Assembly: GCA_937625935.1 (NCBI GenBank) | Contig: OW569348.1 | Span: 186,001 to 250,000, forward strand | From: Tetramitus jugosus | Lineage: Eukaryota; Protista; Heterolobosea | Length of the DNA stretch: 64,000 nt | Reading direction: 5' to 3' | In this document: positions 54,281 to 64,000 of the stretch, piece after piece | Position numbering within the stretch: position 1 is the first letter of the stretch | Layout of the letters: each line of letters starts with the position of its first letter | The notes under the pieces: model-generated | What the model saw: only the letters and a program-made list of their open reading frames with translations | Database searches by the model: none | Told to the model about the DNA's origin: nothing | Program-made: the position numbers and the translations under genes

Positions 54281-57019
54281 ATGACAGCAAAGGTATGTCT
54301 CATTTCCCATCTAAAGCAACAATCCAACGATTGATCGTATGGTTCATAAGAATCTCCATTTGAGAAACCACAAAGCTCACTCTTCTTTTTTTTTGTTTTT
54401 CGATCTCTCTTTTAGCGCAAGAGAATTATCGATGATGATAGCGATAGTGACAGTGGCACAGAGAATGCTACCCCTCAGGCATCCACTCCTCCTCCTGCCA
54501 ACAAGAAGCTCAAGAGCATCACAGCTGAGGTGAAGAAGGAAGACGGAATCGCATCATCACCACCATCATCCTCTTCTTCTTCTTCTGCTGCATCTGCCTC
54601 TTCCACACCGATCAAAGCAGATGGTGTCAAGAAGGAGGAAGAAGATGATGAACCAATGATCGCACAAACTCCTGTTAGAAGCAGGAAGGACACGAAGCGA
54701 AGCAATAGAAGAGCGACCCGAACATTGAAGGAAGATGATGATGATGAGTCTGATGATGAAGTGGTTGTGAAGAGAATGAAGGCTAAGGCTGCCGTTGCGC
54801 CACCTGCAAAGAAAATTGTGGAAGATGATGATTCTGATGAGTCTGATGAGGAGAATGGATCTGATGACGAGTCTGATGACGGAGGATCAGATGATAATGA
54901 CAGTGACTTCGAATTTGATGACAAGAAGAAGAATGGCAAGAGCAGTAACAGCAAAAAGCCAACAAAGAAGGCACCCGCAAAGAAAAAGGTGTTGAAGGAG
55001 GAGAGTGAAGATGAAGATGAAGACGAAGAAAAGGAAGAAAAGATTAGCACTCCAAAGAAGAAGGCTACAAAGACAACAAAAGCAACAAAGGCAACAAAGA
55101 AGGAAGAAGGGGATGATGCAGCAACAACAAAGAAGGGCAAAAAGGTGAAGAAGGAAGAAGAAGAAGTTTTTAAGTGGTGGCTCGAAGACAATGTAGAAGA
55201 ATTATTAACTAGTGATATTAAGTGGCGCACACTCAAACACAATGGTGTCGTATTTCCTCCACCTTACCAACCTCATGGTATTCCAGTGACGTATGAAGGA
55301 AAGGATGTTGTATTGACTCCCGAACAAGAAGAGTTGGCCACCATGTATGCACTAATGAGAGAGACTGAATATTATAACAAACCTCTCTTCCAAAAGAACT
55401 TTTGGTCCGTTTGGAAAGAAATTCTCGGCAAAAAGCATGCTATCAAAGACCTAAAGAAGTGCAACTTTACAAAGATTTGGGAGTATCATCTTCAAGAAAA
55501 GGAGAAGAAACTTGCAAAATCCAAGGAAGAAAAAGCTCAAGAAAAAGAAGAGAAAGAGAAGATTGATGAGCCTTATCGTTGGTGTTTCATCGATGGAAGA
55601 AAAGAGAAGGTTGGTAACTTTAAGATTGAACCACCTGGTCTCTTCAGAGGTAGAGGCGAACATCCAAAGCAAGGTTTTTTGAAGAAGAGAGTTGTACCTG
55701 AAGATGTCACCATTAATATTGGTAAGGTCAAGGATGCACCTCGACCTCCCAAGGGACACAAGTGGAAGGAAGTTGTATCCAACAATAAGGCTACCTGGCT
55801 TGCTAGTTGGAAGGAACCACTCACAGGAAATGTCAAGTATGTTGGTTTGGCATCTTCTTCTTCCTTTAAGGGTATCAGTGACTTTTTGAAATATCAAACT
55901 GCAAGAGATCTCAAGAAGCAAATCTCAAAGATTAGAAAGGTCTACAAGAAGAATTGGACAAGCGAGGATACAAAGACACAACAACTCGGTGTTGCGATGT
56001 ACTTTATTGATAAGTTAGCTCTGAGAGTTGGTAATGAGAAGGATGACGAAGAAGAGGCAGATACTGTCGGTTGCTGCTCTCTCCGTTGCGAGCATATTAA
56101 CCTGAAGGAGGACAAAAACGTGGAGTTCGATTTCTTGGGTAAGGATTCAATTCGCTATCAGAATACTGTGGAGGTTGACGCAGCTGTGTACAAGTGCTTA
56201 AAACAGTTCAAAAAGGGTAAGAAGAACGATGCTAATCTATTTGACTTGATCAACTCGAGTATTCTGAACAAGGAGCTCAAACAATTTATGCCAAAATTGA
56301 CTGCAAAGGTGTTCCGTACATTCAACGCATCATTGACACTCGACAAGTGTCTGCGTGAAATGGATGATGAGATAGCAGAGTTGGATGTAACTGATAAGCT
56401 TGCAGCTTACAACAAGGCAAACAGAGAAGTTGCTATTCTGTGTAACCATCAAAGGACAGTTTCTAAGACTCACGGAAATAGCATGCTTACCATGGACAAG
56501 AAGATTGAAGAGCATCAGGACTACATCGCACGACTGAAGGAGGCATTAAAGTTATTGAAGAAAAAGGACTTTGAAGAAGTGAAGGTCAAGTGGGATCTGG
56601 TCAATGAACAGATCCAGGAGCAGTATGAAAAGGATTTAAAGGAATTCGAGAAGAAGCAAACTGCTCTAGAGAAAGAAGCCAAAAAGAAGGGTATCTCAGT
56701 GGCAGTGCTCACTGGAACAACCAAGAGGGATAAACCTCCAAAGAAACCAGCTAAGAAGGTGCTTCCAAAGAATGAGGATGCCATCAAGAAGATGATTGAG
56801 AAAGTGAAAGAGAAGATCAAGGTTTGCAATTCCCAGAAGCAGCAAAAGGAAGATAACAAGACCGTAGCTCTCGGTACCTCCAGAATTAACTACTGTGATC
56901 CAAGAATCACGGTAGCCTGGTGCAAGCGTAACGACGTACCTGTCAGCAAGCTCTTTGCCAAGACTCTCATGAACAAGTTCCCTTGGGCCATGGATGCTGA
57001 ACCGGATTATCAATTTTAG
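54281..57019 (+). CDS. TOP1: DNA topoisomerase IB, single chain; join(54281..54292,54416..57019), 871 aa
   Basis: KWW, EPPGLFRGRG, LRVGNEK, FLGKDSI, KVFRT, CNHQR, catalytic SRINYCDPR; 12-nt first exon MTAK then GTATGT...TAG intron. Confidence 0.97.
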
Positions 57020-57057
57020 GCGCGAAACCTCACTTTTGGCGCCACTTTTCGCGAAAA
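57019..57057. promoter_or_regulatory. Cluster of E2F-like CGCG/GGCGC elements upstream of Bub1
   Basis: GGCGCGAAA 57019-57027, TTTTGGCGCC 57034-57043, palindrome TTTTCGCGAAAA 57046-57057. Confidence 0.5.
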
Positions 57058-57143
57058 TCTGCCCGTTTTGCGCTAACCAAATTCAAGTGAATAAAAACAA
57101 AATCGTGAAAAGCAACCACTCTATAATTTATGGAAACAGCAAC

Positions 57144-59924
57144 ATGTTTGAAATTTTTGAGGACAACAACCTAGAGAATGTGCCTCCTGCAGCACCACAA
57201 ATACAACAGCGAAATAGTTATGAATCTGATCGAAAACAACTGGAAGAACAGATAGCAAAGTTTACACAGGATGACATTTTTCCACTATGTCAAAAGTATC
57301 TGAATCTGATCAAAGATAACGAGGGAGAAATATCGAAAACATACAAGAATGCTCTGTTTAGAGTGGTCAAGATGATTGCAGAGTCACCAAAGCATCTGCC
57401 ACCAGTCAGAAGCAACATTGACTATCTTAAATATTGGCTGTTTCACATTAACTTTTATGAAACTGAGGATCAGAACGAATTCTTCCAGTATATGAACTCA
57501 AAGAGCATTGGACTTACACAGCCATTGTTTTATATTGGTTGGGCAACTTGTTTGGAACATTTGGACAATGTTGAGAATGCTGAAAAGCTGTATCAAGTAG
57601 GATTAAAGAGAGCCAAGGATACTCGGTTGATCGAAAAGCACTATGCTGATTTTCAGAAGAGAGTTCAAGAGGAGGAACAGAGAAGAGAAAGAGAGAGACA
57701 GAGGATAAAGCAATCAAAAAAGAGAGAGAAGCATAGAATGAAACTTCACCAAGTGAAAAGTGAGCCTGTAGAGACAAGTTATCGGTCAGCGAACGAGCCT
57801 GCGGTTGTCTATGACCGATCTGTCATTTATACAACTCACGGTGAATATCAGTTTGAAGAATTGAGAGCTATGCTGCCAAAGTATCAAATTATTTTCAAAC
57901 CTATTGGCATATTTGGCAACACTATACCTGCTCAATCTTCACTATTTGTTCATGAGGATGACGATGAGAGTATGGAGATTGAGGCTGACGACAACGAACA
58001 ACAAGAAACAATGATGGATGAACACATTATTCACTCAAAGATAGAAGATGAAAATATAATTAATCATTCGAGAACAACAGCAATGCCATCTACTACTCAG
58101 CCAATAATGCCTCCAGTAAGCCAAACTGAAACAACCTCATCCCTCAATCGAGCAAGGCAATCAAGATCTCGTGTATCTGAAGTAACCTTGTTCACAAAGA
58201 ATGCATTCAATGAAATTAACTCGATGTTCTGTGGCTCTCTAGATACGACAGAAGAAATATTCTTCGAGCAAAAGAAGCAAAGACAACAACAGAAAGAATT
58301 CCCGGCACCACAACCACAACTACAGCAGACGGTCAGTCAATCTCTATTCCAGATTCATGAAGACAATACTCAGGATATACAACAAGCGATTGCTTCTTCG
58401 CGACCAGCTCCAGAGAGAACTACGATTCCTGACAAAGAAAATGCCCCTAAAACTTTAAGACAAATTACCTCACGAAGATCCAGCGTTCTTCCATCATTCA
58501 AAGAGGCAGAAAATAGGGCACCTCCCGCCGCCGGCTTTCGCCGCCAGAGTCAAATTCCGGCTCCATCTAGGATGAGCAATGTTCGAAGGCTCTCTGTCGT
58601 TCAACAGCAACAACTTGCTTTAAACAGACGTAGCTCTAGAGTATCACTCGCTCCAGGAGATGTATACTTGGATGATGATCCAAATGAATCTCTGTATCTA
58701 GATACAGATACAACAAAGTTTAATCATGATCTCTCTGAAACGATTAACTTTAATGATGTTATGAGCGGCAAAGATGCTGTTCTTGGTATAGTACCACTTC
58801 TACAGCAAGTGTTGCAGAGGCAAACGCAACAATCAAGTAACAAAACTGTGAATCCATATGACATAGCTGTTATGGATCAACTCCAACAATATCTGATTGC
58901 TCCATATGCTGAAAATGATCGAAGATTTAGTGACGAACGGTCTAAGGAGGAACCATTCATCCCTAGTGAGGCAAACGATGATGAACGAGTTGCAGTTCAG
59001 TTAGGTACCAGAGAGTATATTATTAACGGAATGCTAGGAGAAGGTGCTTACGCGTTGGTGTATGCAGCTACACAACAACAAGTAGATGGAAGACTCTCCG
59101 AAGTATTTGCTATCAAGATACAGAGTCCTGCATGTCCATGGGAGTTCTACATATGCGACCAATTGCAACGAAGAGCTGATGTGATATTTTCGGAGAAGTT
59201 CATTAAGGCATGGCGAATGTTCTTGTATGACAAGAAGAGCTTCTTAGTATTGCCATACAGTGGATATGGAACACTATTGGATGTGATCAATGCCCGAAAG
59301 ACGGCCAACAAAGCAATGGAAGAAGTTATGGTGATGTACTATACAATTGAACTTTTAAAGATTGTGAACGAACTTCATTCATGTCAAATAATACATGGCG
59401 ACATCAAACCAGACAACTTTTTGATCATGAATGAAGACTCTGGAACATCGGAGGAATGGAAGCGAGAAGGAAGTCCTTCTTGGACGAATAGAGGATTGAT
59501 CTTGATTGACTTTGGACGAAGCATCGATATGAGTCTCTATCCAAGCGGAACCAAGTTCTTTGGTGATCATGGCGCGAGCTCCTTCAAATGTATTGAAATG
59601 CAAACTGGTCGTCCTTGGACATATCAAGCTGATCTTTATGGTATTTGTGGTGTGGTTCATACAATGCTGTTCAACAAGTACATGGAAGTGGAACAGAGAA
59701 CAGATTCATCAACAGGGAAGAACATATGGACAATCAAGGAAAAGTTTAAGCGTTATCACAGCAAACTATGGCAGGAATTCTTTGAAGTCTTTCTTAATAT
59801 TCCAGACTGTGACACAATGCCAAACTTGAAGAAATTCCAGGAGAAGTTTGAAGACTACATCGTCGAGAAGAAGTGGGAGCGTCTGATTCGAGGTCTCTGG
59901 GCGAAACAATTCATTTCCCAGTGA
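57144..59924 (+). CDS. BUB1: Spindle checkpoint kinase Bub1/BubR1 (MadBub)
   Basis: Mad3/Bub1 TPR region, GLEBS-like EYQFEELRA, ABBA-like FQIHED, KEN box, kinase PWEFYI, HGDIKPDN, DFG. Confidence 0.95.
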   Translation: MFEIFEDNNLENVPPAAPQIQQRNSYESDRKQLEEQIAKFTQDDIFPLCQKYLNLIKDNEGEISKTYKNALFRVVKMIAESPKHLPPVRSNIDYLKYWLFHINFYETEDQNEFFQYMNSKSIGLTQPLFYIGWATCLEHLDNVENAEKLYQVGLKRAKDTRLIEKHYADFQKRVQEEEQRRERERQRIKQSKKREKHRMKLHQVKSEPVETSYRSANEPAVVYDRSVIYTTHGEYQFEELRAMLPKYQIIFKPIGIFGNTIPAQSSLFVHEDDDESMEIEADDNEQQETMMDEHIIHSKIEDENIINHSRTTAMPSTTQPIMPPVSQTETTSSLNRARQSRSRVSEVTLFTKNAFNEINSMFCGSLDTTEEIFFEQKKQRQQQKEFPAPQPQLQQTVSQSLFQIHEDNTQDIQQAIASSRPAPERTTIPDKENAPKTLRQITSRRSSVLPSFKEAENRAPPAAGFRRQSQIPAPSRMSNVRRLSVVQQQQLALNRRSSRVSLAPGDVYLDDDPNESLYLDTDTTKFNHDLSETINFNDVMSGKDAVLGIVPLLQQVLQRQTQQSSNKTVNPYDIAVMDQLQQYLIAPYAENDRRFSDERSKEEPFIPSEANDDERVAVQLGTREYIINGMLGEGAYALVYAATQQQVDGRLSEVFAIKIQSPACPWEFYICDQLQRRADVIFSEKFIKAWRMFLYDKKSFLVLPYSGYGTLLDVINARKTANKAMEEVMVMYYTIELLKIVNELHSCQIIHGDIKPDNFLIMNEDSGTSEEWKREGSPSWTNRGLILIDFGRSIDMSLYPSGTKFFGDHGASSFKCIEMQTGRPWTYQADLYGICGVVHTMLFNKYMEVEQRTDSSTGKNIWTIKEKFKRYHSKLWQEFFEVFLNIPDCDTMPNLKKFQEKFEDYIVEKKWERLIRGLWAKQFISQ

Positions 59925-60149
59925 AATCATCCACCAAAGAGAGAATAGACACTGCATTCACTGATTCCATTCTGAGCGATTGAGAGTCCTAACAGGCCTG
60001 AACAAGCACAACAGCACAAGAAAGGATCTTGTGTTCTTGAACCAAATCTCAACCACTATTTATGCATCCTTGAATCCCACATGGTGCACATGATCCACGT
60101 ACTATGATAAAACTATGTACATTGACCCTTTTTATTCTTCCCATCGTCA

Positions 60150-60782
60150 TTATACTACTGCATCGTCCTTCTTCTTCAATCGAATCGGTATAATCTTATC
60201 ATTCTCCATCAAATCCTTTACCAATTGACCCACACCATCACGCACCTGAGAATCAAAAATGTCCTTGGTATCGGGCATATCCTCCTCAAAATTCGTCGAA
60301 ATTATAATCTGCTTCAACGGATTCTGATGCAACAATCGAATGCTCACAACAGCCTCATCAAAATCCATTTCCGATTTCCTAGTGACCCGTATCCGCACAT
60401 GTCCATCGACAACTAAGCCATGTGCATGAACTTTGACTGGCATCACCATGGGTGACTGAATTGAAACATCACTCAAAAAACTGGAGGACACTGTCGCTTG
60501 CGATGCAATTTTGTTGATTTGAGCCATGGTTTCAATCTTTGCATAACCGTCTCCTTCGTACCGAAATTTAATCTCCACTTCCTGAACAGTCAAACTCAGT
60601 TCATTGACACTGAATAGTTCAATCTGAGGGGCTGAAGTACCAAATGAGAAATCAGTCATGCGAACAGTGCCAACGAGTTGATCATTGGGTGGCAAGTCAG
60701 ACAAGAGAGAGTTGAGTGTAGTGAGCAGTTGTTGTGTGAGTTCTGTTTGATCCCATTTGGACCAATTGAAGTGCAGTGACAT
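60150..60782 (-). CDS. ERMES SMP-domain protein (Mdm34/Mdm12 family, more Mdm34-like)
   Basis: MSLHFNWS, FSFGTSAPQIE, FRYEGDG, NPLKQIIISTNFE. Confidence 0.78.
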   Translation of the reverse strand: MSLHFNWSKWDQTELTQQLLTTLNSLLSDLPPNDQLVGTVRMTDFSFGTSAPQIELFSVNELSLTVQEVEIKFRYEGDGYAKIETMAQINKIASQATVSSSFLSDVSIQSPMVMPVKVHAHGLVVDGHVRIRVTRKSEMDFDEAVVSIRLLHQNPLKQIIISTNFEEDMPDTKDIFDSQVRDGVGQLVKDLMENDKIIPIRLKKKDDAVV

Positions 60783-61077
60783 GGTCAGAAAATGAGTATG
60801 ATGACGCTCGTTTGTTGTTGTTTGTTTTTGGAGATCGGGCGCTTTTTGTTGTTGTGCCGGTGCAATGAATTGTTCTGCCTGGCATTTTGGTTTATTGTTG
60901 TGGATTGAATTTGAATTGTACATGTTATGAGGAGCTTATGAATCGTAGTATGTCTTACACCACAATATGTCTCATTTACTTTTTGGGAGCAGGCAACCGA
61001 GAGACAGGTGCATCATCTGCACATTCACAGTCCAAGGAATAAAATAAATGAAAATGGTTAAATATCAAGAGAGAGCT

Positions 61078-61439
61078 TTATAGCTCTAACAAGCTAATAC
61101 AAATATTAACACACAACATGACATGACCAAGTCTACATACCCTTAATCAACACCCAAACGTGCTGATTTTCAGCAATGTGATCCTTAATGATCGCGTTTG
61201 GATCAAGCACATTTCCCTCATCGCTCTGAACACCCCTTGGCACACCCAACTCTAGTCCAAAGTTCGAATCGTAACGTGCGATACCCACGTGAGCTAACCA
61301 TTGAATTCTTTGTTTTCCTTCGCCGCAATGAACAATTACAGTCTTTTCTCTGACATGTACCTATGAGGAGTAGATGGTTAGTGTGATTAAAATCTCAGAA
61401 ATGAAGTGTGTGTGACTCATCACTTACGTTGACCTTCAT
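61078..61439 (-). CDS. Small Par3/HAL N-terminal-type ubiquitin-like protein; complement join(61428..61439,61141..61360,61078..61085), 79 aa
   Basis: MKVN|VHVREKTVIVHCGEGKQRIQWLAHVGIARY...LDPNAIIKDHIAENQHVWVLIK; intron 1 GTAAGT...CACTAAC...TAG; last exon uncertain. Confidence 0.82.
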
Positions 61440-61655
61440 GATTCGATTGAGATACTCAATAATTGAACTTCTCAGATTTTGCGTACTTGGTGTCTCTCGT
61501 TCGCCTTCTTTGTCGCAGTTTTACATTTTCTGCAATGTTCAAGCAACACTGTCAACTCCGGTTTTTTCTTGGCGGATAAAAAACTGCCCACGCAAAAAAA
61601 ATTCACGCATCACACAGCAGGAACACACTTTCACTAATTCTATAAACATCAAAAA

Positions 61656-62117
61656 ATGCAGAGCGCACGTGCTGGTATGAGAACATGGTGGTTAATTGAC
61701 GCCAAGAACCAAGTTGCTGGTCGTTTGGCCGCCAACATTACGCCACTTTTGATTGGAAAACATAAGCCAACATACAACCCATTAAAGTACGACACTGGTG
61801 ATCATGTCGTGATTATCAACGCAAAACACTTGACACTGACTGGTGACAAGTGGAAGAGAAAGGGTTACAGATGGCACACCGGATATGCTGGTGGTTTGAA
61901 GACATTTACTGCTGAGCAGAGACACGAAAAATTCCCGACATATATTATGCAACGAGCCATTGATAGAATGTTGCCAAAGAATAATTTGAGGAAGGTTAGA
62001 ATGGACAGATTGCATGTGTTCCCTGATGCTGAGCATCCATTTGAGACTCAACAACCAATATTATATGATCCATTAGGAAAGGACGCAATCTTTAGTGAAA
62101 TTATTGAGATTAAATAA
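61656..62117 (+). CDS. MRPL13: Ribosomal protein uL13, bacterial/mitochondrial type
   Basis: WWLIDA..Q..GRLA, GKHKPTY, GDHVVIINA, HTGYAGGLK, MLPKNNLR. Confidence 0.95.
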   Translation: MQSARAGMRTWWLIDAKNQVAGRLAANITPLLIGKHKPTYNPLKYDTGDHVVIINAKHLTLTGDKWKRKGYRWHTGYAGGLKTFTAEQRHEKFPTYIMQRAIDRMLPKNNLRKVRMDRLHVFPDAEHPFETQQPILYDPLGKDAIFSEIIEIK

Positions 62118-62510
62118 GAATTCGTGTGCTTTTTTTTCATCCGATACATATTCATGATGTGTTAATGTTCTCGGTATGAAAGGAACAATGAAAATGCAAG
62201 TTACTATTGCTGCACTGGATGCCAAATGAATCTTCTCCCAGGCACAACATTCTTGCGTGAACAATCGTGGTGAGCTCTTTGCAGGACAATTTTTTATAAG
62301 TTAATTTTTTTCTTTTGTACAATGTTCGTTTGCATCAACTTCTTTTGCATGTTCTTTCTTGTTGTCCAATGAACCATACCTTCTGTCTTAGTCTTTCACA
62401 TTCCAGGCAGAGATGTCAAGTTGCACGTAGCTCCTTGTCAAACTATAGGCAGTGGTAATGATCATGTCCAACCGCAGTAGTAGTAGTAGTAATGATTGTC
62501 TCCTGTTTAC

Positions 62511-62999
62511 TCACTGCATATAAGTATCCACATATCTCGTCACACTATCCGCAAACAAATAACAATTAATCTTCTCGTGCAAATTGTACAGTGGATTGGA
62601 GATGACATATGGTACAAAGAACTTTGTGTAGATATCGGTCATTTGGTTGTCGAAATCTGGCGCATTCGTATCTGTTAGGAAAATGAACTTGAAACCAGTG
62701 GGCGACTCATAAAAATGAAGCTTATAGGTGCTCGTGTTGAATGATCGAAAGTTTTCATTCTCTTTGGGTGCAATACCTTGAACAAAGGCCTTGAGTGAGT
62801 AGACTAGACCGTACATGAGCTTCATATCACCCTCCAACCTGATCAATTCCTTCTTTGATCGTTGTTTTTCAAACATTTGAGCCGTTTGTGGTGAATTGGG
62901 AGTGTTGGTTCCACTTGAAGCGAGCCTACTGGCGTTAAAGTCCTTGTAGAAGATACATTCTCCTTGTTTGTTGTAAATGTAGCAATTGTACACAACCAT
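62511..62999 (-). CDS. TRAPPC1: TRAPP complex subunit 1 (Bet5)
   Basis: KLMYGLVYSLKAFV, YKLHFYESPTGFKF, FVPYVISNPLY. Confidence 0.93.
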   Translation of the reverse strand: MVVYNCYIYNKQGECIFYKDFNASRLASSGTNTPNSPQTAQMFEKQRSKKELIRLEGDMKLMYGLVYSLKAFVQGIAPKENENFRSFNTSTYKLHFYESPTGFKFIFLTDTNAPDFDNQMTDIYTKFFVPYVISNPLYNLHEKINCYLFADSVTRYVDTYMQ

Positions 63000-63173
63000 G
63001 CTTCCTCAAATCAAAAAACTGTATGTGCTGTTCTTGTCTGCTTGTCTGTGATGTTGTTCTGCTTGGAGTTTACAATCGGCGAAAAGTGAACATCGGAAAA
63101 AATTGTTTGAAAAACGCAACAAAAAAAAGTCTAGAGACCAACATCTTTATTTTCGTAATCACCAACAAAGCAA

Positions 63174-63705
63174 ATGTCTGACATTGTTTCATCCGTGGCA
63201 CTCTCCAAGAGAAACCAACATTTCCAATCAGTGTTTGAGAACCCATCTATTTGGGACTGCACAGTTCACACAAGAAAGCAACACTGGTTTTATGTTGCAG
63301 GATGGACCGCTGCATCAGGATTCGGTGGATGGCTCTATGGTATGTAATTTCATCAAGATTGATCCTTTGCTTTATGCCTTCATGTCAGTACCAGCATTTG
63401 GCGCTCACTCTGCTTTTTTTTGCCGCAATCATTTTTCCTTTTTTACAAAAAACTGGCGAATTTTCTTCTTTGGAAACAACACAGGATGGCCAACAAGAAA
63501 GCTTAGCTCTAGATGCGCAGCTGGCATTAGTTTGCTATGTGGTATTGCTTTGTGCCAACAAGACACCTTCTTACGGTTGAAGGGATACAGAGAGAACAGC
63601 CTTGAATTGGCAAAGTTCGGTATTGAAAAGAAACAATTGGTGAAGATTACAAAGAAGAGACCACAAAATCTTGCTGCTCATAATGAAGAGCAAGAAGATG
63701 CCTAA
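63174..63705 (+). CDS. Complex I accessory subunit NUXM/20.9-kDa-like; join(63174..63339,63485..63705), 128 aa
   Basis: Intron GTATGT...CAG 63340-63484; two TMs then QDTFLRLKGYRENSLE, resembling the family motif Q-S--RL-G--EN--E. Confidence 0.72.
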
Positions 63706-63737
63706 ACAATTTTTTTTGGACATCCTGTTTTGTCGAA

Positions 63738-64000
63738 ATGGATCCTGTCAACAACAAACATACGTTTGTTATTGTTGATGCTGCTTTGTTCAATACCAAA
63801 AGACAAATATGGACTATGTTTCAGTCACATAATGAAGGAGGAGGTAACCTGTTGATTATTATTAAAGCTAAAGAAATTCTTGCTTTCTATTTTTGTGATC
63901 TTATGTGAAGAATCACCAATCAATCTCGCTCCTATCACAAAGCCCATCTCAAGAAGAATGCAGAGTATTGGTGAGTATCAGGAGAGATTGACTATGTAGA
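63738..64000 (+). CDS. Possible 5' end of a spliced gene running off the window
   Basis: ATG at 63738, open frame to GTAACC donor, in-frame exon after AAG near 63910, GTGAGT donor near 63971; no homology recognised. Confidence 0.3.

Noticed and set aside
54475-55242. Long antisense ORFs opposite low-complexity regions (also near 1353-1751 and 26668-27150)
   Set aside because: Shadows of K/E/D/Q-rich sense coding sequence.
61393-61423. Minus-strand GTGATGA...CTGA resembling C/D snoRNA boxes
   Set aside because: Too short, overlaps the splice donor of a 67-nt intron, and has no recognisable guide.
63103-63705. 200-aa ORF from the ORF track
   Set aside because: TTG start and read-through of an intron; the spliced model from ATG 63174 gives a recognisable protein.

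Overview
Gene-dense, intron-poor eukaryotic nuclear DNA from a protist. Heterolobosean/Discoba-like placement is inferred only, from the Zn2Cys6 TF, RGS-START, ERMES, RCC1 and Q/N-rich proteins, tiny intergenic spacers and short GT-AG introns. About 37 protein genes, mostly housekeeping: Vps16, SF3B1, Sec16, Sec24, Top1, Bub1, Aladin, TMEM43, TBC1D7, TEX9 and others. Several need splicing, and one small 3-exon gene is absent from the ORF track. Three dispersed Pol III loci: a solitary 5S rRNA gene, tRNA-Lys(CTT) and a tRNA-Leu(CAA) missing its 3' stem. Main discovery: a 1.33 kb poly(A)-tailed retroposed element flanked by a perfect 16-bp target-site duplication. It sits head-to-head 46 bp upstream of the tRNA-Lys gene and encodes only an RRM-like ORF1-type protein with no reverse transcriptase. 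This is a candidate non-autonomous, tRNA-gene-targeted retroelement with the geometry of Dictyostelium TRE5. Also notable: an NLR-like STAND-NTPase/TPR protein with a CaaX tail, and a Tma46/ZC3H15 homolog lacking its zinc fingers but carrying a dsRBD.
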